64,000 bases of DNA, taken from contig CAWIAD010000002.1 in NCBI GenBank assembly GCA_963833985.1, positions 64,001 to 128,000 of the forward strand, written 5' to 3'. The translations under genes and the position numbers were made by a program. This DNA comes from an uncultured Planctomycetaceae bacterium. Its GTDB lineage: Bacteria > Planctomycetota > Planctomycetia > Isosphaerales > Isosphaeraceae. Under the pieces are notes generated by a model, which was not told the DNA's origin, made no database searches, and saw only the letters and a program-made list of their open reading frames with translations. Shown one piece after another: positions 22,560 through 32,962 of the stretch (positions within the stretch are counted from its first letter, which is position 1; each line of letters begins with the position of its first letter).

Positions 22560-22967
22560 ATGGCCATCGCCTGGCATCACGAGTCGATGACGACCGGCGT
22601 CCCCGAGATCGACGAGCAGCACAAGGAGCTGCTGCGCCGCTTCAATGACTTCCACGAGGCCGTGAAGAACCACCACGGCAAGGAAGCAGTCGAGCGCACG
22701 CTCAGCTTCCTGACCTCGTACACGATCACGCACTTCAGTGCGGAAGAAGCCTGCATGAACCGCCTGCGCTGCCCGGCCGCCCAGGCCAACAAGGCCGCGC
22801 ACGACACGCTCCGGAGCGAGATCGCAACCATCAAATCGCGCATCGCAACGGGCGGAATCCAGAGCCTCGACGTCGTTCAGCTCGAGAAGATCCTCGGCGA
22901 CTGGCTGCGCAACCATATTTGCACGGTCGACGTCCAGTTGCGGCAGTGCGCGGGCTCACCACAGTGA
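22560..22967 (+). CDS. Bacteriohemerythrin
   Basis: W...TGVPEIDEQHKEL, HFSAEE, W(L)RNHICTVD. Confidence 0.9.
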   Translation: MAIAWHHESMTTGVPEIDEQHKELLRRFNDFHEAVKNHHGKEAVERTLSFLTSYTITHFSAEEACMNRLRCPAAQANKAAHDTLRSEIATIKSRIATGGIQSLDVVQLEKILGDWLRNHICTVDVQLRQCAGSPQ

Positions 22968-23049
22968 CAATCGGCAAGTATGGTCTTGATCCGAGCGTCA
23001 TCCTCCGGCCAGCCTCGCGTGGATACCGTCGTCCCTCAAGGAACACGAA

Positions 23050-23529
23050 ATGCGCTGGAATCCCCACCTGTCCTTCAACGGCCAGTGCGAGACCGCCTTC
23101 AGGTTCTACGAGAAGTGCCTGGGTGGCAGGATCGACATGATGCTGTCATTCGGAGATTCTCCCATGGCCGGGGAAACGCCGGATGACTGGCACGGCAAGA
23201 TCCTTCACGCCACGTTCACACTGGGCGAGCAGGTGCTCACGGGCGGGGATGAACGCCCGGAACGCTATGAGCCACCGCGCGGCTTTTCGATCTTGCTGAA
23301 CCTCGCCGCAGCCGATGAAGCCGAGCGAATCTTCGCGCTGCTCGCGGCAGACGGCAAGGTGCAAATGCCGGTCCGGAAGACCTTCTGGGCAGAGCGATTC
23401 GGCATGCTGGTGGACCGGTTCGGCATCCCCTGGATGATCAACTGCGGGAACCCGGCGTGGCGCCTTGCCGCGGGGAGGCTCTGGAAGGCAAAGGTGCGTC
23501 ACGCGGAGCCGGGCTCACAGGCGGGGTGA
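23050..23529 (+). CDS. VOC/PhnB-family (glyoxalase-like) protein
   Basis: PHLSFNGQCETAFRFYEKCLGG, ILHATF, TFWAERFGMLVDRFGIPWMIN. Confidence 0.88.
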   Translation: MRWNPHLSFNGQCETAFRFYEKCLGGRIDMMLSFGDSPMAGETPDDWHGKILHATFTLGEQVLTGGDERPERYEPPRGFSILLNLAAADEAERIFALLAADGKVQMPVRKTFWAERFGMLVDRFGIPWMINCGNPAWRLAAGRLWKAKVRHAEPGSQAG

Positions 23530-25524
23530 GCAGGCCGTCGCCATGGTGCTGATCACATCGATGCTCGGCGGCGTCGACTGCCTCAAGGGCTGTGGCGACC
23601 AGGACGGCAGGTCGCACAGACCGCCGCCAAAGAACATGTGATGCCAGAGCTGGGTGGTCACCACGCAGGTGAGGCTCAGGTCCATGATGATCCGCTTGGG
23701 AGTGATGCGCGGCATGCGCACCAGGCTGCGGCGCTCGCGGGCCACGTTCTCGGCGTCGAAGTATCCGGTCTGCTCCAGCGACTCGCGCGACAGGAGCTGG
23801 TCGACCCACTGCGGCCGGCTCCGGTCCAGGAACGCCTCCGACCGGCTGGCCCGGAACATCGTCTTGGGACGGCTGGCGATGTGCGCAGGCAAGGTCCGCG
23901 CGGCGACCTTCCGCAGCAGCCACTTGTCGGTGAGCCGGTGCAGCTTGTACTCCGGCGCGATCGACGCGGCGAACGCGATCACGTCGTCGTCCAGCAGCGG
24001 ATAGCGCGCCTCCACCGAGGAATTCATGGCCACCCGGTCGCCCTTGGCGTTCAGTAAGAGCCCGGCCAGCATCACCTTGTAGCCGACGTACAGCGACTGG
24101 TTCAAAGGGGCCCACTTGCGGAACCGGTCGTGCTGGATGCCCATGTCGTCGTACGCCGAGTGGCCGCCGAGCTGGTTCCACATGTCCCTGGAGTAGAGAT
24201 AGCTACGCCCCTGCGCCAGCAGGTCGTAAATATCTTGCTGGGCCGTGCGCACGCCCTGGATCGGGAACCGGTCCGGCAGGTGGGACCGGTCGCCTCCCAT
24301 CAACCCCAGCACCGCGCCGCGGATGGCGGCAGGAATCGTCGGGCCGAACCGGCGGTGCAGGATGCCGCGGATCTTCTGGGTCTTGAACCAGGCGTAGCCG
24401 GCCAGAGCCTCGTCGGCCCCTTCGCCCGTCAACACCACCTTGTAGCCTTGCTGGTGCACGGCGCCGGCGAGGCGCATCAGGCAGGCACAGGCCGAGTCCA
24501 TCACGGGCCCCTCGGCCGCGCGGATCAGCTCCGGGTAGGCCTGGACGATGTCCGCCCGGTTCAGCGTCACGGTCGTCAGCCGCGAGCCCAGCGTCGCCGC
24601 GGATTCGGCCGCGTGCGAGCGCTCGTCCGGCCCGGCCCGATCCAGGCCAATGGTGAACGACGGCACCGCGTAGCCGCGCTCACGCGAGCTCAATCCCAGC
24701 ACCACCGTGGAATCGAGCCCGCCGCTGATGTAGCTCACTACCGGCTCGTCCCCGCGCAGCCGGCGCTCCACCGACAGCCGCATCAGGTGCTCCAGCTCAT
24801 CGACCAGCGGCGTCGGGTCCGCCAGCCTGCGCTCGTCACCCGCATCCGGGAAATCCAGGTCCCAGTACTGCTTGAGCTGCACGCGGCCGTCGCGCACCAG
24901 CAGGTAATGCCCGGGCGGGATCATCTTGATCCCCTCGAAGAACGTCCGGCTCGTCCCCGCGCAGAAGGTGTTGAAGAAGAGGTCGATCCCCTTGCGGTCC
25001 GGCCGGGCCTCCACCATTCGCGAGGCCAGAAGGGCCTTGATCTCCGAGCCCCAGAGCAGCCAGCCGTCCACCTCGGCATAATGCAGCGGACAGATGCCGA
25101 CCCGGTCGCGGCCCAGGATCAACGAGCGCGTCTTGCGGTCCCAGAGCGCCACGGCGAACTGGCCCCGCGTCTTCGCGAACATCCCCTCGCGCAGGTCCTC
25201 GTAGAGGTGCACCCAGAGCTCGGTATCGCAGCGCGTCGACAGCGTGTGGCCGCGCGCGAGCAGTTCCTGCTGGAGCTCCGGATACTCGAAGATCTCGCCG
25301 TTCTGCGTCACCCACACCGAGCCGTCCTCGTTGCACAGGGGCTGGCGGCCGCCGGAGAGATCAACAATCGACAGCCGGCGCGCGCCTAAGGCCAGCCCCG
25401 GCTCAATGTGAATGTGCTCGTCGTCCGGTCCGCGGTGAGTGATCGCGCCGGTCATCGCCAGCAGCCGGGATGCGGGAAACTCGCGCTGCGCTCGAAGATC
25501 AATCGCGCCGGCAATACCACACAT
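23515..25524 (-). CDS. asnB: Asparagine synthase (glutamine-hydrolysing) family amidotransferase
   Basis: MCGIAG N-terminal nucleophile, HRGPD, RRLSIVD, SGGLDS, LTGEGADE, EARYPLLD. Confidence 0.92.
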   Translation of the reverse strand: MCGIAGAIDLRAQREFPASRLLAMTGAITHRGPDDEHIHIEPGLALGARRLSIVDLSGGRQPLCNEDGSVWVTQNGEIFEYPELQQELLARGHTLSTRCDTELWVHLYEDLREGMFAKTRGQFAVALWDRKTRSLILGRDRVGICPLHYAEVDGWLLWGSEIKALLASRMVEARPDRKGIDLFFNTFCAGTSRTFFEGIKMIPPGHYLLVRDGRVQLKQYWDLDFPDAGDERRLADPTPLVDELEHLMRLSVERRLRGDEPVVSYISGGLDSTVVLGLSSRERGYAVPSFTIGLDRAGPDERSHAAESAATLGSRLTTVTLNRADIVQAYPELIRAAEGPVMDSACACLMRLAGAVHQQGYKVVLTGEGADEALAGYAWFKTQKIRGILHRRFGPTIPAAIRGAVLGLMGGDRSHLPDRFPIQGVRTAQQDIYDLLAQGRSYLYSRDMWNQLGGHSAYDDMGIQHDRFRKWAPLNQSLYVGYKVMLAGLLLNAKGDRVAMNSSVEARYPLLDDDVIAFAASIAPEYKLHRLTDKWLLRKVAARTLPAHIASRPKTMFRASRSEAFLDRSRPQWVDQLLSRESLEQTGYFDAENVARERRSLVRMPRITPKRIIMDLSLTCVVTTQLWHHMFFGGGLCDLPSWSPQPLRQSTPPSIDVISTMATACSPRL

Positions 25525-25760
25525 GAGTTCTTCTCTCCAGCCGTCGTCACCCAACCCGGTCTGATCCGCTCCAGGCACACGCCACGCGAGGCCGCTGTCC
25601 TGAGAACCACACAAATATAACATGCAAGACCGAGCGAGGTCGAATGCTGGAAGGCTGGGGCGAGTTTGCGGGTGATAAGGTCGGGGCAGGGTGCCACCTG
25701 ACCCTCGGCTGGTGAGCCCGTCCCGCCGGCTCGGCCCATGGTCCGGGGCCATCGAGCCGC

Positions 25761-26585
25761 TCAGCGATAGGACTCGTAGGGGCCCGGCATCCAGCCTTGC
25801 TGGTGCTCGTTCATGGCCTTGACGTACTGTGCCTGGTCGTAGAACAGAAAGGCCACCACGATCCCGGTCAATGCACCGCCGACGTGGGCCAGGTAGGCGA
25901 CCCCGCCCGATTCGCCGAGCTTTCGGAACGATCCCGCGCCCAGATACACCTGAAGCAGGATCCAGCCGCCAATGACCACCACGGCCGGCAGCACGGTGAT
26001 GAACCGGAACAGCAGCACGCGAATCTGATAATGCGGGAACCAGATCACGTAAGCGCCCATGATGCCCGCGATGGCGCCTGAGGCCCCCAGCGTGGGGATG
26101 ATCGAATCCGGCGCGACGGCAATCTGAGCCAGAGAGCCAACCAGGCCGCAGGCCAGGTAGACGATGAGGTAGCGGATCGAGCCGAGCACCTCCTCGACGT
26201 TGTCGCCCACAATCCACAGGTAGAGCATGTTGCCGATCAGATGCATCGGACTGCCGTGCAGGAACATGGCGGTGAAGAGGGTCAGCCAGACCGGAATGGG
26301 GCTCGGCGCATGCGGGATCTGCGGCGCGGGACGCTCCACCTCGATCACCCGGCGGCCGAACGGATCACGCGGATCGATGACGTGCACCACGGCGGGCTTG
26401 TTGCGCACAGGAACTTCGAGGTCCGTGTTGTGGGTCACTTCCCACGGCGTGCAGGCGAACGCCATCGTGAACTGTTCGCCCTGCTGGAACTGGACGAGAT
26501 AAACCAGGGTGTTGATCGCGATCAGGGCGTACGTGACGAACGGAGTGATATTCGTGCGCTGGAGGTCGCCGAGAGGAAGAACCAT
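25761..26585 (-). CDS. Rhomboid-family intramembrane serine protease
   Basis: MFLHGSPMHLIGNMLYL, GASGA, AYLAHVGG. Confidence 0.93.
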   Translation of the reverse strand: MVLPLGDLQRTNITPFVTYALIAINTLVYLVQFQQGEQFTMAFACTPWEVTHNTDLEVPVRNKPAVVHVIDPRDPFGRRVIEVERPAPQIPHAPSPIPVWLTLFTAMFLHGSPMHLIGNMLYLWIVGDNVEEVLGSIRYLIVYLACGLVGSLAQIAVAPDSIIPTLGASGAIAGIMGAYVIWFPHYQIRVLLFRFITVLPAVVVIGGWILLQVYLGAGSFRKLGESGGVAYLAHVGGALTGIVVAFLFYDQAQYVKAMNEHQQGWMPGPYESYR

Positions 26586-26785
26586 GCCCGTGCACTCGCG
26601 TCAAGCGCGGAAACGTCCAGCCCGGCGAGTGTGCCCTGCGCCGCGCGACCCGGCCTGAACCGTCGGCCTATTCTACCTCAAGCGGCCAGAGGCGACATGG
26701 CGCGTTCGCCGGCCCGCTCCTTTTCCGCGGAGTCGGGTTCGCTGTGCCCTCAGAGTGAGCAACCGCGCAGCGCACGCAGGCAGAA

Positions 26786-27340
26786 TCAACCGGCCCACAT
26801 CGCCCGTACCGCGCCCGGGCCAGGGCTGTCGGACTCCAGCTTTTCCCATTCCCTGCGCACCCGCGAAAGGCCGAACGCGCAGAGCTCGAACTCCTCGCTG
26901 AGGCGTCGCAGCACATCGCCCTGCCTGCCCGTGCTGCTCAGCGTGCTGGCAAGATAATACGAGCGTTTGCCTTGCTGCTGGTAGCGGATCAGGCAGTCGG
27001 GCGACTGTGCATCCTGAAGCTTGCCGAGTGCTTCGGGATAGAGTCCCGTCCAGAACAGGGTGTAATCTCCGACATGGCGGTGGCATTCCCTGCGCCGCAG
27101 ATCATCGTCGGCCGCCTCGGCCTCGGCGACCATGCGGGTCACCTGGACGATCGGCCGCCCGTCCCGGTCGCGCAGCCGCCACACGGCCGCGCTCGGAACA
27201 AAGCTCGCGAGCAAGCCGGCCACATAGCCGACCAGGGGCGGATCTCCAATCCCCAGTTCGGACATGAATGTCGATTCGGTCAACCCGCGAAACAGCCGGT
27301 GCAGTGGGTGAGATTCGGGAATCATACGTGTTCCATCCAT
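26786..27340 (-). CDS. Hypothetical protein
   Basis: 184-aa ORF with globular composition (HRHVGDYTLFWTGLYPE...GKRSYYLAS). Confidence 0.75.
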   Translation of the reverse strand: MDGTRMIPESHPLHRLFRGLTESTFMSELGIGDPPLVGYVAGLLASFVPSAAVWRLRDRDGRPIVQVTRMVAEAEAADDDLRRRECHRHVGDYTLFWTGLYPEALGKLQDAQSPDCLIRYQQQGKRSYYLASTLSSTGRQGDVLRRLSEEFELCAFGLSRVRREWEKLESDSPGPGAVRAMWAG

Positions 27341-27693
27341 ACTGGCAGTCCTTGCCCCAAAGGACGATCCTGGTCAACGAATCCCAGGCGGCAGCAGTCC
27401 CGAACACGGAGACATGCGGGGCGTGCGATACGTCCCGCGGAGAGGTCTATGCAAAATCCAGACCAAACTCATGCGGTGGGACTGAAAGAACGACCCGCTG
27501 CACACAGTATAGAACCCCGTCTCATCCGCAACGACCCCTTCCGACGATTCCGCGCTGCCATGCCGGTATGATCCCAGCCTCAGCGCGGCGTCCAGGAATC
27601 GTGACCCGCCCGCTGTATTTCCCGGCTTGCGCATTGTCTTCTGCGTTGACTCACGCCAGAAGCGCCGGTGGAAGCCGGACCAGCTTGCAACCC

Positions 27694-27741
27694 GTAGGGT
27701 GCGCCCAGCGCAGCGTCGACGCACCGTCCGCGGTTCCTGGC
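27694..27741. repeat. GTAG-type REP-like palindrome (related copy at 34938-34982)
   Basis: gtagggtgcgcccagcgcagcgtcgacgcaccgtccgcggttcctggc vs gggtgtgtccagcgcagcgacgacgcaccgttttgcgttcctggc. Confidence 0.7.
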
Positions 27742-27832
27742 GACCACTCCGGTGTAAGCGATAGCAACATTTGGTGGCACGTCGCTGCGGGGCACGGTGG
27801 GCCATCCATATTCCCCCCCGACCCGTGCCCAG

Positions 27833-27932
27833 CACCAAGCGGCTCGACTACAGCAAGCCAAGCGTTCAGGTCACTTCCGTCACCGAATCGCGCGCGGACG
27901 GCTCGCGTGCCACGCTAAAGTGTGGGTGGCCC
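27833..27932 (+). repeat. ~100-bp dispersed direct repeat, family A copy 1
   Basis: Aligns end to end with 29349-29449 and 31137-31237 (cacca..cggct.gac.ac.gcaag...cgcgcggac.gctc...ccac.ct.aa..gtgggtggcc). Confidence 0.9.
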
Positions 27933-28022
27933 TTTTCGCTCCCCTTCTCGCTCCCGTCTTGCCCCTTCGTGCCCCACACCGCCGGATCGGTCTCGCATGC
28001 GGCCAGCGCCGCGGGACGACGA

Positions 28023-29167
28023 CTATCGCGGAGACGGCCGGGGCTGGACCTTCTTGGCGGCGCTGCTTCGCTTCGAGCGCGGCCGCGTAATCCCTGCCGG
28101 TTTCCGCGGCTCGACGGCACTCGGGGCATCGCCTTTTGCTTGCAGTTCCTGCCCTGAGAGCGTGATGTTGGTCGTCGGGCCGGAGTCGGCGAGGATCTTC
28201 GGCGCGATCGCATCGTTCGCCGGGGCGAGGACGGCGAAATGGTCAACGTCCGGAACCTCCACGAAGTGGACCTCGGGGTTCTTGCAGTTCGCTTTCATGA
28301 GTCGCAGGGCATCGATATTCCCGCCCGTCCCTTCGATGACGTAGAGCGGACTGTGGACCGACGAATCGAGCCAGTAGATGGGCGACCTCAGCAGCGACTC
28401 CTTCGGATCGCCCGGCTGGTGATAGACGAATTGTCCCCCGTAGCCCCTCACGTCCGCGGCCGGGCCGAAGGCGAAGACCGCGCGGAAGCGATTGCTCATC
28501 TCGGCGACGAGCATCGCCAGGGTCCCACCGGTGCTGTGGCCGCCCAGATAGATCCGGGTCGGGTCGACGTAAGGCTGCGCCGAGACGTAGTCGGCGGCCG
28601 CGAGCACGTCGTCGACCTCGCCCAGAAACCCCTCGCGCCGGCCCGGGTTGTCGTTGCCGCCCCGGAGCGAGGGGAACATCAGGACGATCCCGTCCTTGCG
28701 ATAGGCGGCGGCGGTCTGGTCGTTTTTCCGGGCGCGGGCTTCCAGACGTCACCGATCGAATTGCAGTCGCCACCCGTGATCCAGACGATCGCCGGACGCT
28801 TCACTCCGTCGCCCGGATCGGGCGTGAGGTAGGCCGACAGCTCGCCAACAGGCGAGCGAAACTTCACCAGCCGGAAGACCTCCGACGGCGGCTGCGGCAC
28901 GGCCTCGACAGGAAGTTGCTGGCCTCCCGGCTTGGTGACGAACCCGCGCCGGGCCTCCGCCAGAGAGGGTGTCGAGCTCGGTGCGGGTTGTGCGTTCTGG
29001 CCTGGGCGATTCACCGTGGCGGGAGTGTTCACCATTCTTGGATTGGAGTTCGATGCGGGACGGGAGATCGGCGGCGTGCCGCTTCCGGCGGGAGACTCCG
29101 GCGTGGCCTCCTCTGCGCAGCCAGCGGACAGGACAAGCAGGGCGACCGTGGAGGTGAATCGCTTCAT
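28023..29167 (-). CDS. Lipoprotein alpha/beta hydrolase (S9 peptidase-like); frameshift near 28725
   Basis: Lipobox LSAGC; GHSTGG nucleophile elbow; joined reading KNDQTAAAYRKDGIVLMFPSLRGG. Confidence 0.85.
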
Positions 29168-29348
29168 GTCAAAGCCCTTGTTGCGTCACTGGCAAGTTCT
29201 GGTTGCTGACGGCACGTCCTGCGTCAGCAACCCATCCAATGGGTCATGGACTGATCAAAGCCTACCAGAGCCGGATCGCGCCGGCAATTGCCCGCGACGA
29301 ACGAAGCATCGTGGGCCGCATCGCGGGGGCCATCCACACGGGGCTCAA

Positions 29349-29449
29349 CACCAACCGGCTTGACCACAGCAAGTCATGCTGCCGGGACAACCTCCGACAC
29401 CGGGTCGCGCGCGGACGGCTCGCGTGCCACCCTGAACTGTGGGTGGCCC
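29349..29449 (+). repeat. ~100-bp dispersed direct repeat, family A copy 2
   Basis: Terminal hairpin gccaccc-tgaactgt-gggtggc; internal ggcttg/caagtc stem. Confidence 0.9.
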
Positions 29450-29811
29450 CTCCCTGCGCCCTTCCTGCCCGCTTCCTGCTCCACCTTCTTGCTTCCTTCT
29501 GCCCTGTTCGGTAAACCACGTCTTCAAAGCGCCCGGCCGGCGGGCGATGGTTTGCCGGGGACCCTCTTGAAGTCGATTGGGGAGCCCGCGCATGGCATGG
29601 TCCCGCAAGTGGCCCCGAGCGAGCGGGCGAGCGAGCGCAGAGCACCGACCTTGGCAAAGCGCTTCAGGACGGAGTATGCCCCCTGGGTCGGCCCGGCTGC
29701 AAGCGTCGGTCGAGTCCCCGGGGCACGATCGGCGGCGCCCTCCACCCGAGCGACCCATGGAGAGTCCGTTCGCTTATCTGCAACAATTCACCCCCCCCCG
29801 GAGAGGCGACG

Positions 29812-30858
29812 ATGGACGAGGTGAAGCTACATCAATTCATGGTCAAGCTGATCACCGACATGGGCGGAGCGGCCATGCTCGCGAATGTAATCCTGGGAGA
29901 AGAGCTCGGCCTGTACCGCGCAATGGCCGACAGTGTCCCGATCGCCCCCGAGGCCCTTGCGGCGAAGACAGGGTGCCACCCGCGACTGATCCGCGAGTGG
30001 CTGAGCGCCCACGCGGCTGCCGGCTACATGGAGCACATTGACGGCCAGTTCCGGCTCCCTCCGGAGCATGCCCTGGCGCTGGCGAACGAGGACTCGCCAG
30101 TCTACGTGGCGGGGGGCGCGGCGGTGGTGGCGGCGTTTTTCCACGACAAGGACAAGCTGGTGAAAGCCATGCGGAGCGATGGCGCCCTCGCGTGGGGCGA
30201 CCACCATCCGTGCATGTTCTCTGGCACCGAGCGATTCTTCCGGCCCGGATACAGAGCACACCTGGTGCCCGAGTGGCTTCCCGCGCTGGAGGGCGTGGTT
30301 CCCAAGCTGGAGGCCGGGGCGACCGTGGCTGATGTCGGATGCGGACACGGCGCCTCGACGGTAGCGATGGCCCAGGCCTTTCCCGCGTCACGCTTCATCG
30401 GTATCGACTATCATGCTCCCTCCATCGCCACCGCCACCGAGCGAGCCCGTGAGGCCGGCGTCGCCGGCCGGGTGACCTTCACCCAGGCGACGGCCAAGAC
30501 CTACAGCGGCCACGACTACGATCTGATCTGTTTTTTCGACTGTCTCCACGACATGGGCGACCCCATCGGCGCCGCTCGGCATGCCCGCCAGGCCCTCAAG
30601 CCGGACGGCACTGTGCTGCTGGTCGAGCCCTTTGCGGGCGATCACCTCGATGACAACCTCACGCCCGTCGGGCGGCTCTTCTACGCCGCATCGACCTTTG
30701 TCTGCACACCCAATTCGCTCTCGCAGGAAGTCGGCCTCGGGCTGGGCGCGCAGGCAGGTGAAGCCCGACTGAAGCAGGTCTTCCTCGACGCGGGCTTTAC
30801 TCGCTTTCGCCGGGCGACGGCCACGCCCTTCAACCTCATCTGCGAGGCCCGGAAATAG
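29812..30858 (+). CDS. Class I SAM-dependent methyltransferase with N-terminal wHTH
   Basis: VADVGCGHG motif I, FDCLHDMGDP; RBS-like ggagagg upstream. Confidence 0.92.
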   Translation: MDEVKLHQFMVKLITDMGGAAMLANVILGEELGLYRAMADSVPIAPEALAAKTGCHPRLIREWLSAHAAAGYMEHIDGQFRLPPEHALALANEDSPVYVAGGAAVVAAFFHDKDKLVKAMRSDGALAWGDHHPCMFSGTERFFRPGYRAHLVPEWLPALEGVVPKLEAGATVADVGCGHGASTVAMAQAFPASRFIGIDYHAPSIATATERAREAGVAGRVTFTQATAKTYSGHDYDLICFFDCLHDMGDPIGAARHARQALKPDGTVLLVEPFAGDHLDDNLTPVGRLFYAASTFVCTPNSLSQEVGLGLGAQAGEARLKQVFLDAGFTRFRRATATPFNLICEARK

Positions 30859-31136
30859 GGTGTGGGCCCTCTGAACACCGTCACAGAGTCTTTCGTCGAT
30901 GCAACCGGTCGCACACCGCGGAACGGACCGGGCACTCCATGATCATCAAGTGGCTTGACCCGGTCCTGCCGTCCGATCCCGGTCTGGGGAACCATGGGAA
31001 CCTCTGGGGGGAATCATGGTGCGGACCATGGACCGGAACATGGGCGCCGGACCATGGGAGCCATGGGGCCATTCACAAATCCCTTCACCGCGGGCACCGT
31101 GGTGGCCAATTGCAGACTGCCCCGATACGGATGCGG

Positions 31137-31237
31137 CACCAGGCGGCTGGACCACGGCAAGCCAGGCGGCCGGGCCAAATTCGGACACCGAACCCCGCGC
31201 GGACAGCTCTCACACCACCCTGAACCGTGGGTGGCCT
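31137..31237 (+). repeat. ~100-bp dispersed direct repeat, family A copy 3
   Basis: Same length and motif order as copies 1 and 2; terminal ccaccc/gggtgg stem. Confidence 0.85.
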
Positions 31238-31413
31238 CTTCGTGCTCACCTTCGTGCTCCGATCGTCAAATGCTATTCCGTCCCTCTGCGCTCCGCGCGC
31301 CAATTCGGTACAGAGACCGGGCCACCCTCAAATCTGCGAAACACGAACAATGGTCTGGCCTGTCGCGGCGTCTCTCCCATACCGTAGAGCGAGCCCCGAA
31401 AACGGAGTATCCC

Positions 31414-32370
31414 ATGAACCGATTGCTGGTCGCGATCTCGTTTGTCTTCCCCGTCCTCGTCGCCGCCCAGGCCTCCGTCGGTTTCGTCAAGGACACCCCC
31501 CCGCAGATCACGCCCGAAATGAAGGCCAGGACGGAAACCATCGCCCGGGCCCTCGAGGCTCTCACACCCGAAGGCTTCACGAAAAAGAGCCCTATTGAAC
31601 GCTACACCGAGGCCAACCTGTACGAGAAGATCGACGGCCGGTCCGAGCTGTTTCAGTCCTACGACGTGACTGGCATGACCTTCGTCACCTTCTCCAGAGC
31701 GGGCGACCCAGCCCAGTTCATCGACGTCTTCCTCTACGACATGACCACCCCGCTCGGTGCCTTCGGCGTCTATTCGGTCGAGCGCTCGACTGGCAGCAAG
31801 TTCATCGCAATCGGCGACGGCGGTCACCGCACCGGGGCCGATTTGTTCTTCCGGAAGGGCCAGTACTATGCGTCGATCCTGACATCGGGACCCGACAAGG
31901 AGGTCCAGAAGGCGGCATCGGCCCTGGCCGATACCCTGGCGAATCGCCTGAAAGGCAAGGCGGCGGAGCTCTGGGGTCTCGCCGTGCTCCCGGCGAAAAA
32001 TCGGATCGACGATACGGTCCAGTACCTCATGGTCGATGCCCTGGGTCTCGACTTCCTGACCAACGCGTTCACGGCCCAATACCGCGACGGCGAAGCCGAG
32101 TTCACCGCCTTCGTCGCGCGTTGCAAGTCAGCGACCAACGCCACAGAAGTCCTGGCCAGGTACAGGGCCCACCTCGAAGAATTCGGCAAGATGGCCGAAC
32201 CGGCCAGAATCGAAGGGGCGTCGGTCATGTTCGCCGACATGGGCGATGGCGAGTTCGACGGCGCCTGCCAGGTCGGCGACGTCATCGCCGGCGTCACGGC
32301 GGTCAAGGGCCGCGACGCGGCCGTCAAGGCCATGACCTTCCTGCTCAAAGGACTGAGGATCCCGAAATGA
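31414..32370 (+). CDS. Secreted protein, DUF6599-like
   Basis: Signal peptide; NLYEKIDGRSELF, LYDMTTPLGAFGVYSVER, FFRKGQYY (family recognised from memory). Confidence 0.75.
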   Translation: MNRLLVAISFVFPVLVAAQASVGFVKDTPPQITPEMKARTETIARALEALTPEGFTKKSPIERYTEANLYEKIDGRSELFQSYDVTGMTFVTFSRAGDPAQFIDVFLYDMTTPLGAFGVYSVERSTGSKFIAIGDGGHRTGADLFFRKGQYYASILTSGPDKEVQKAASALADTLANRLKGKAAELWGLAVLPAKNRIDDTVQYLMVDALGLDFLTNAFTAQYRDGEAEFTAFVARCKSATNATEVLARYRAHLEEFGKMAEPARIEGASVMFADMGDGEFDGACQVGDVIAGVTAVKGRDAAVKAMTFLLKGLRIPK

Positions 32371-32440
32371 CCTGGCGCGGCGTCTGCTGATAGGCCAGGA
32401 GGTTGGCCATTCCCTGTACCAGTGGGCAAGGTAAATGACG

Positions 32441-32538
32441 CACCGTGGTGCAAGCTAATCGACGGGTCGAAGGCTTTCTGGACGCCCTCCATCAAGCTGC
32501 TCAAGAATCGCCGATTTCGGAGCAACTTTCTTGAACAC
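32441..32538. repeat. ~98-bp MITE-like repeat, family B copy 1
   Basis: caccgtggtgcaag...aagctgctcaagaatcgccg.tttcg.agca...tcttga shared with 32963-33060; imperfect terminal inverted repeats. Confidence 0.85.
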
Positions 32539-32617
32539 GCACAGGCGTGAGTAGCAAGGGAACAGGAAACTGGAATAAGCCCGCTGCATGAACTTGCTCA
32601 GTCGCTGCACAACGACG

Positions 32618-32920
32618 TCAAGCGAGGTGCGCTATTGCCCCCGACATTACCAAGAGGAGGAGAAGCAATGTGACCTCTACGACAGCCAGAGCGAAGGCAC
32701 CCAGAGCCAGAGGACATCTGCGATGCCTACGCCACATGACCAACGAGAAGGCGAAGACGCCCGGAATACCGAGAAGCAGCAGGCTCGGACCGAGCCAGGC
32801 CAGGGGGTGACCTCAGCAGTAAGCCTTCGCAAGCCAATTGCCCGTGACCGGCAGGACTGCGGTATAGGCCAGGGCCAAGCTCCCGTCTCGAGTGCATCCA
32901 TCCTTAATCGAGGCCATCAT
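32618..32920 (-). pseudogene. Small membrane-protein ORF (100 codons) interrupted by an in-frame TGA at 32813-32815
   Basis: MMASIKDG...LAKAYC*GHPLAWLGPSLLLLGIPGVFAFSLVMWRR...LLLLLLVMSGAIAHLA*; aggggaac RBS-like sequence upstream. Confidence 0.55.
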
Positions 32921-32962
32921 GTTCCCCTCGCTCGTGGTGTGAGTGGTCATAGTACATTGCCA

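Noticed and set aside
23515..25524. AsnB-like gene as a lasso-peptide cyclase or RiPP cluster
   Set aside because: It has an intact N-terminal Cys glutaminase domain, and no precursor peptide, B protein or transporter is nearby.
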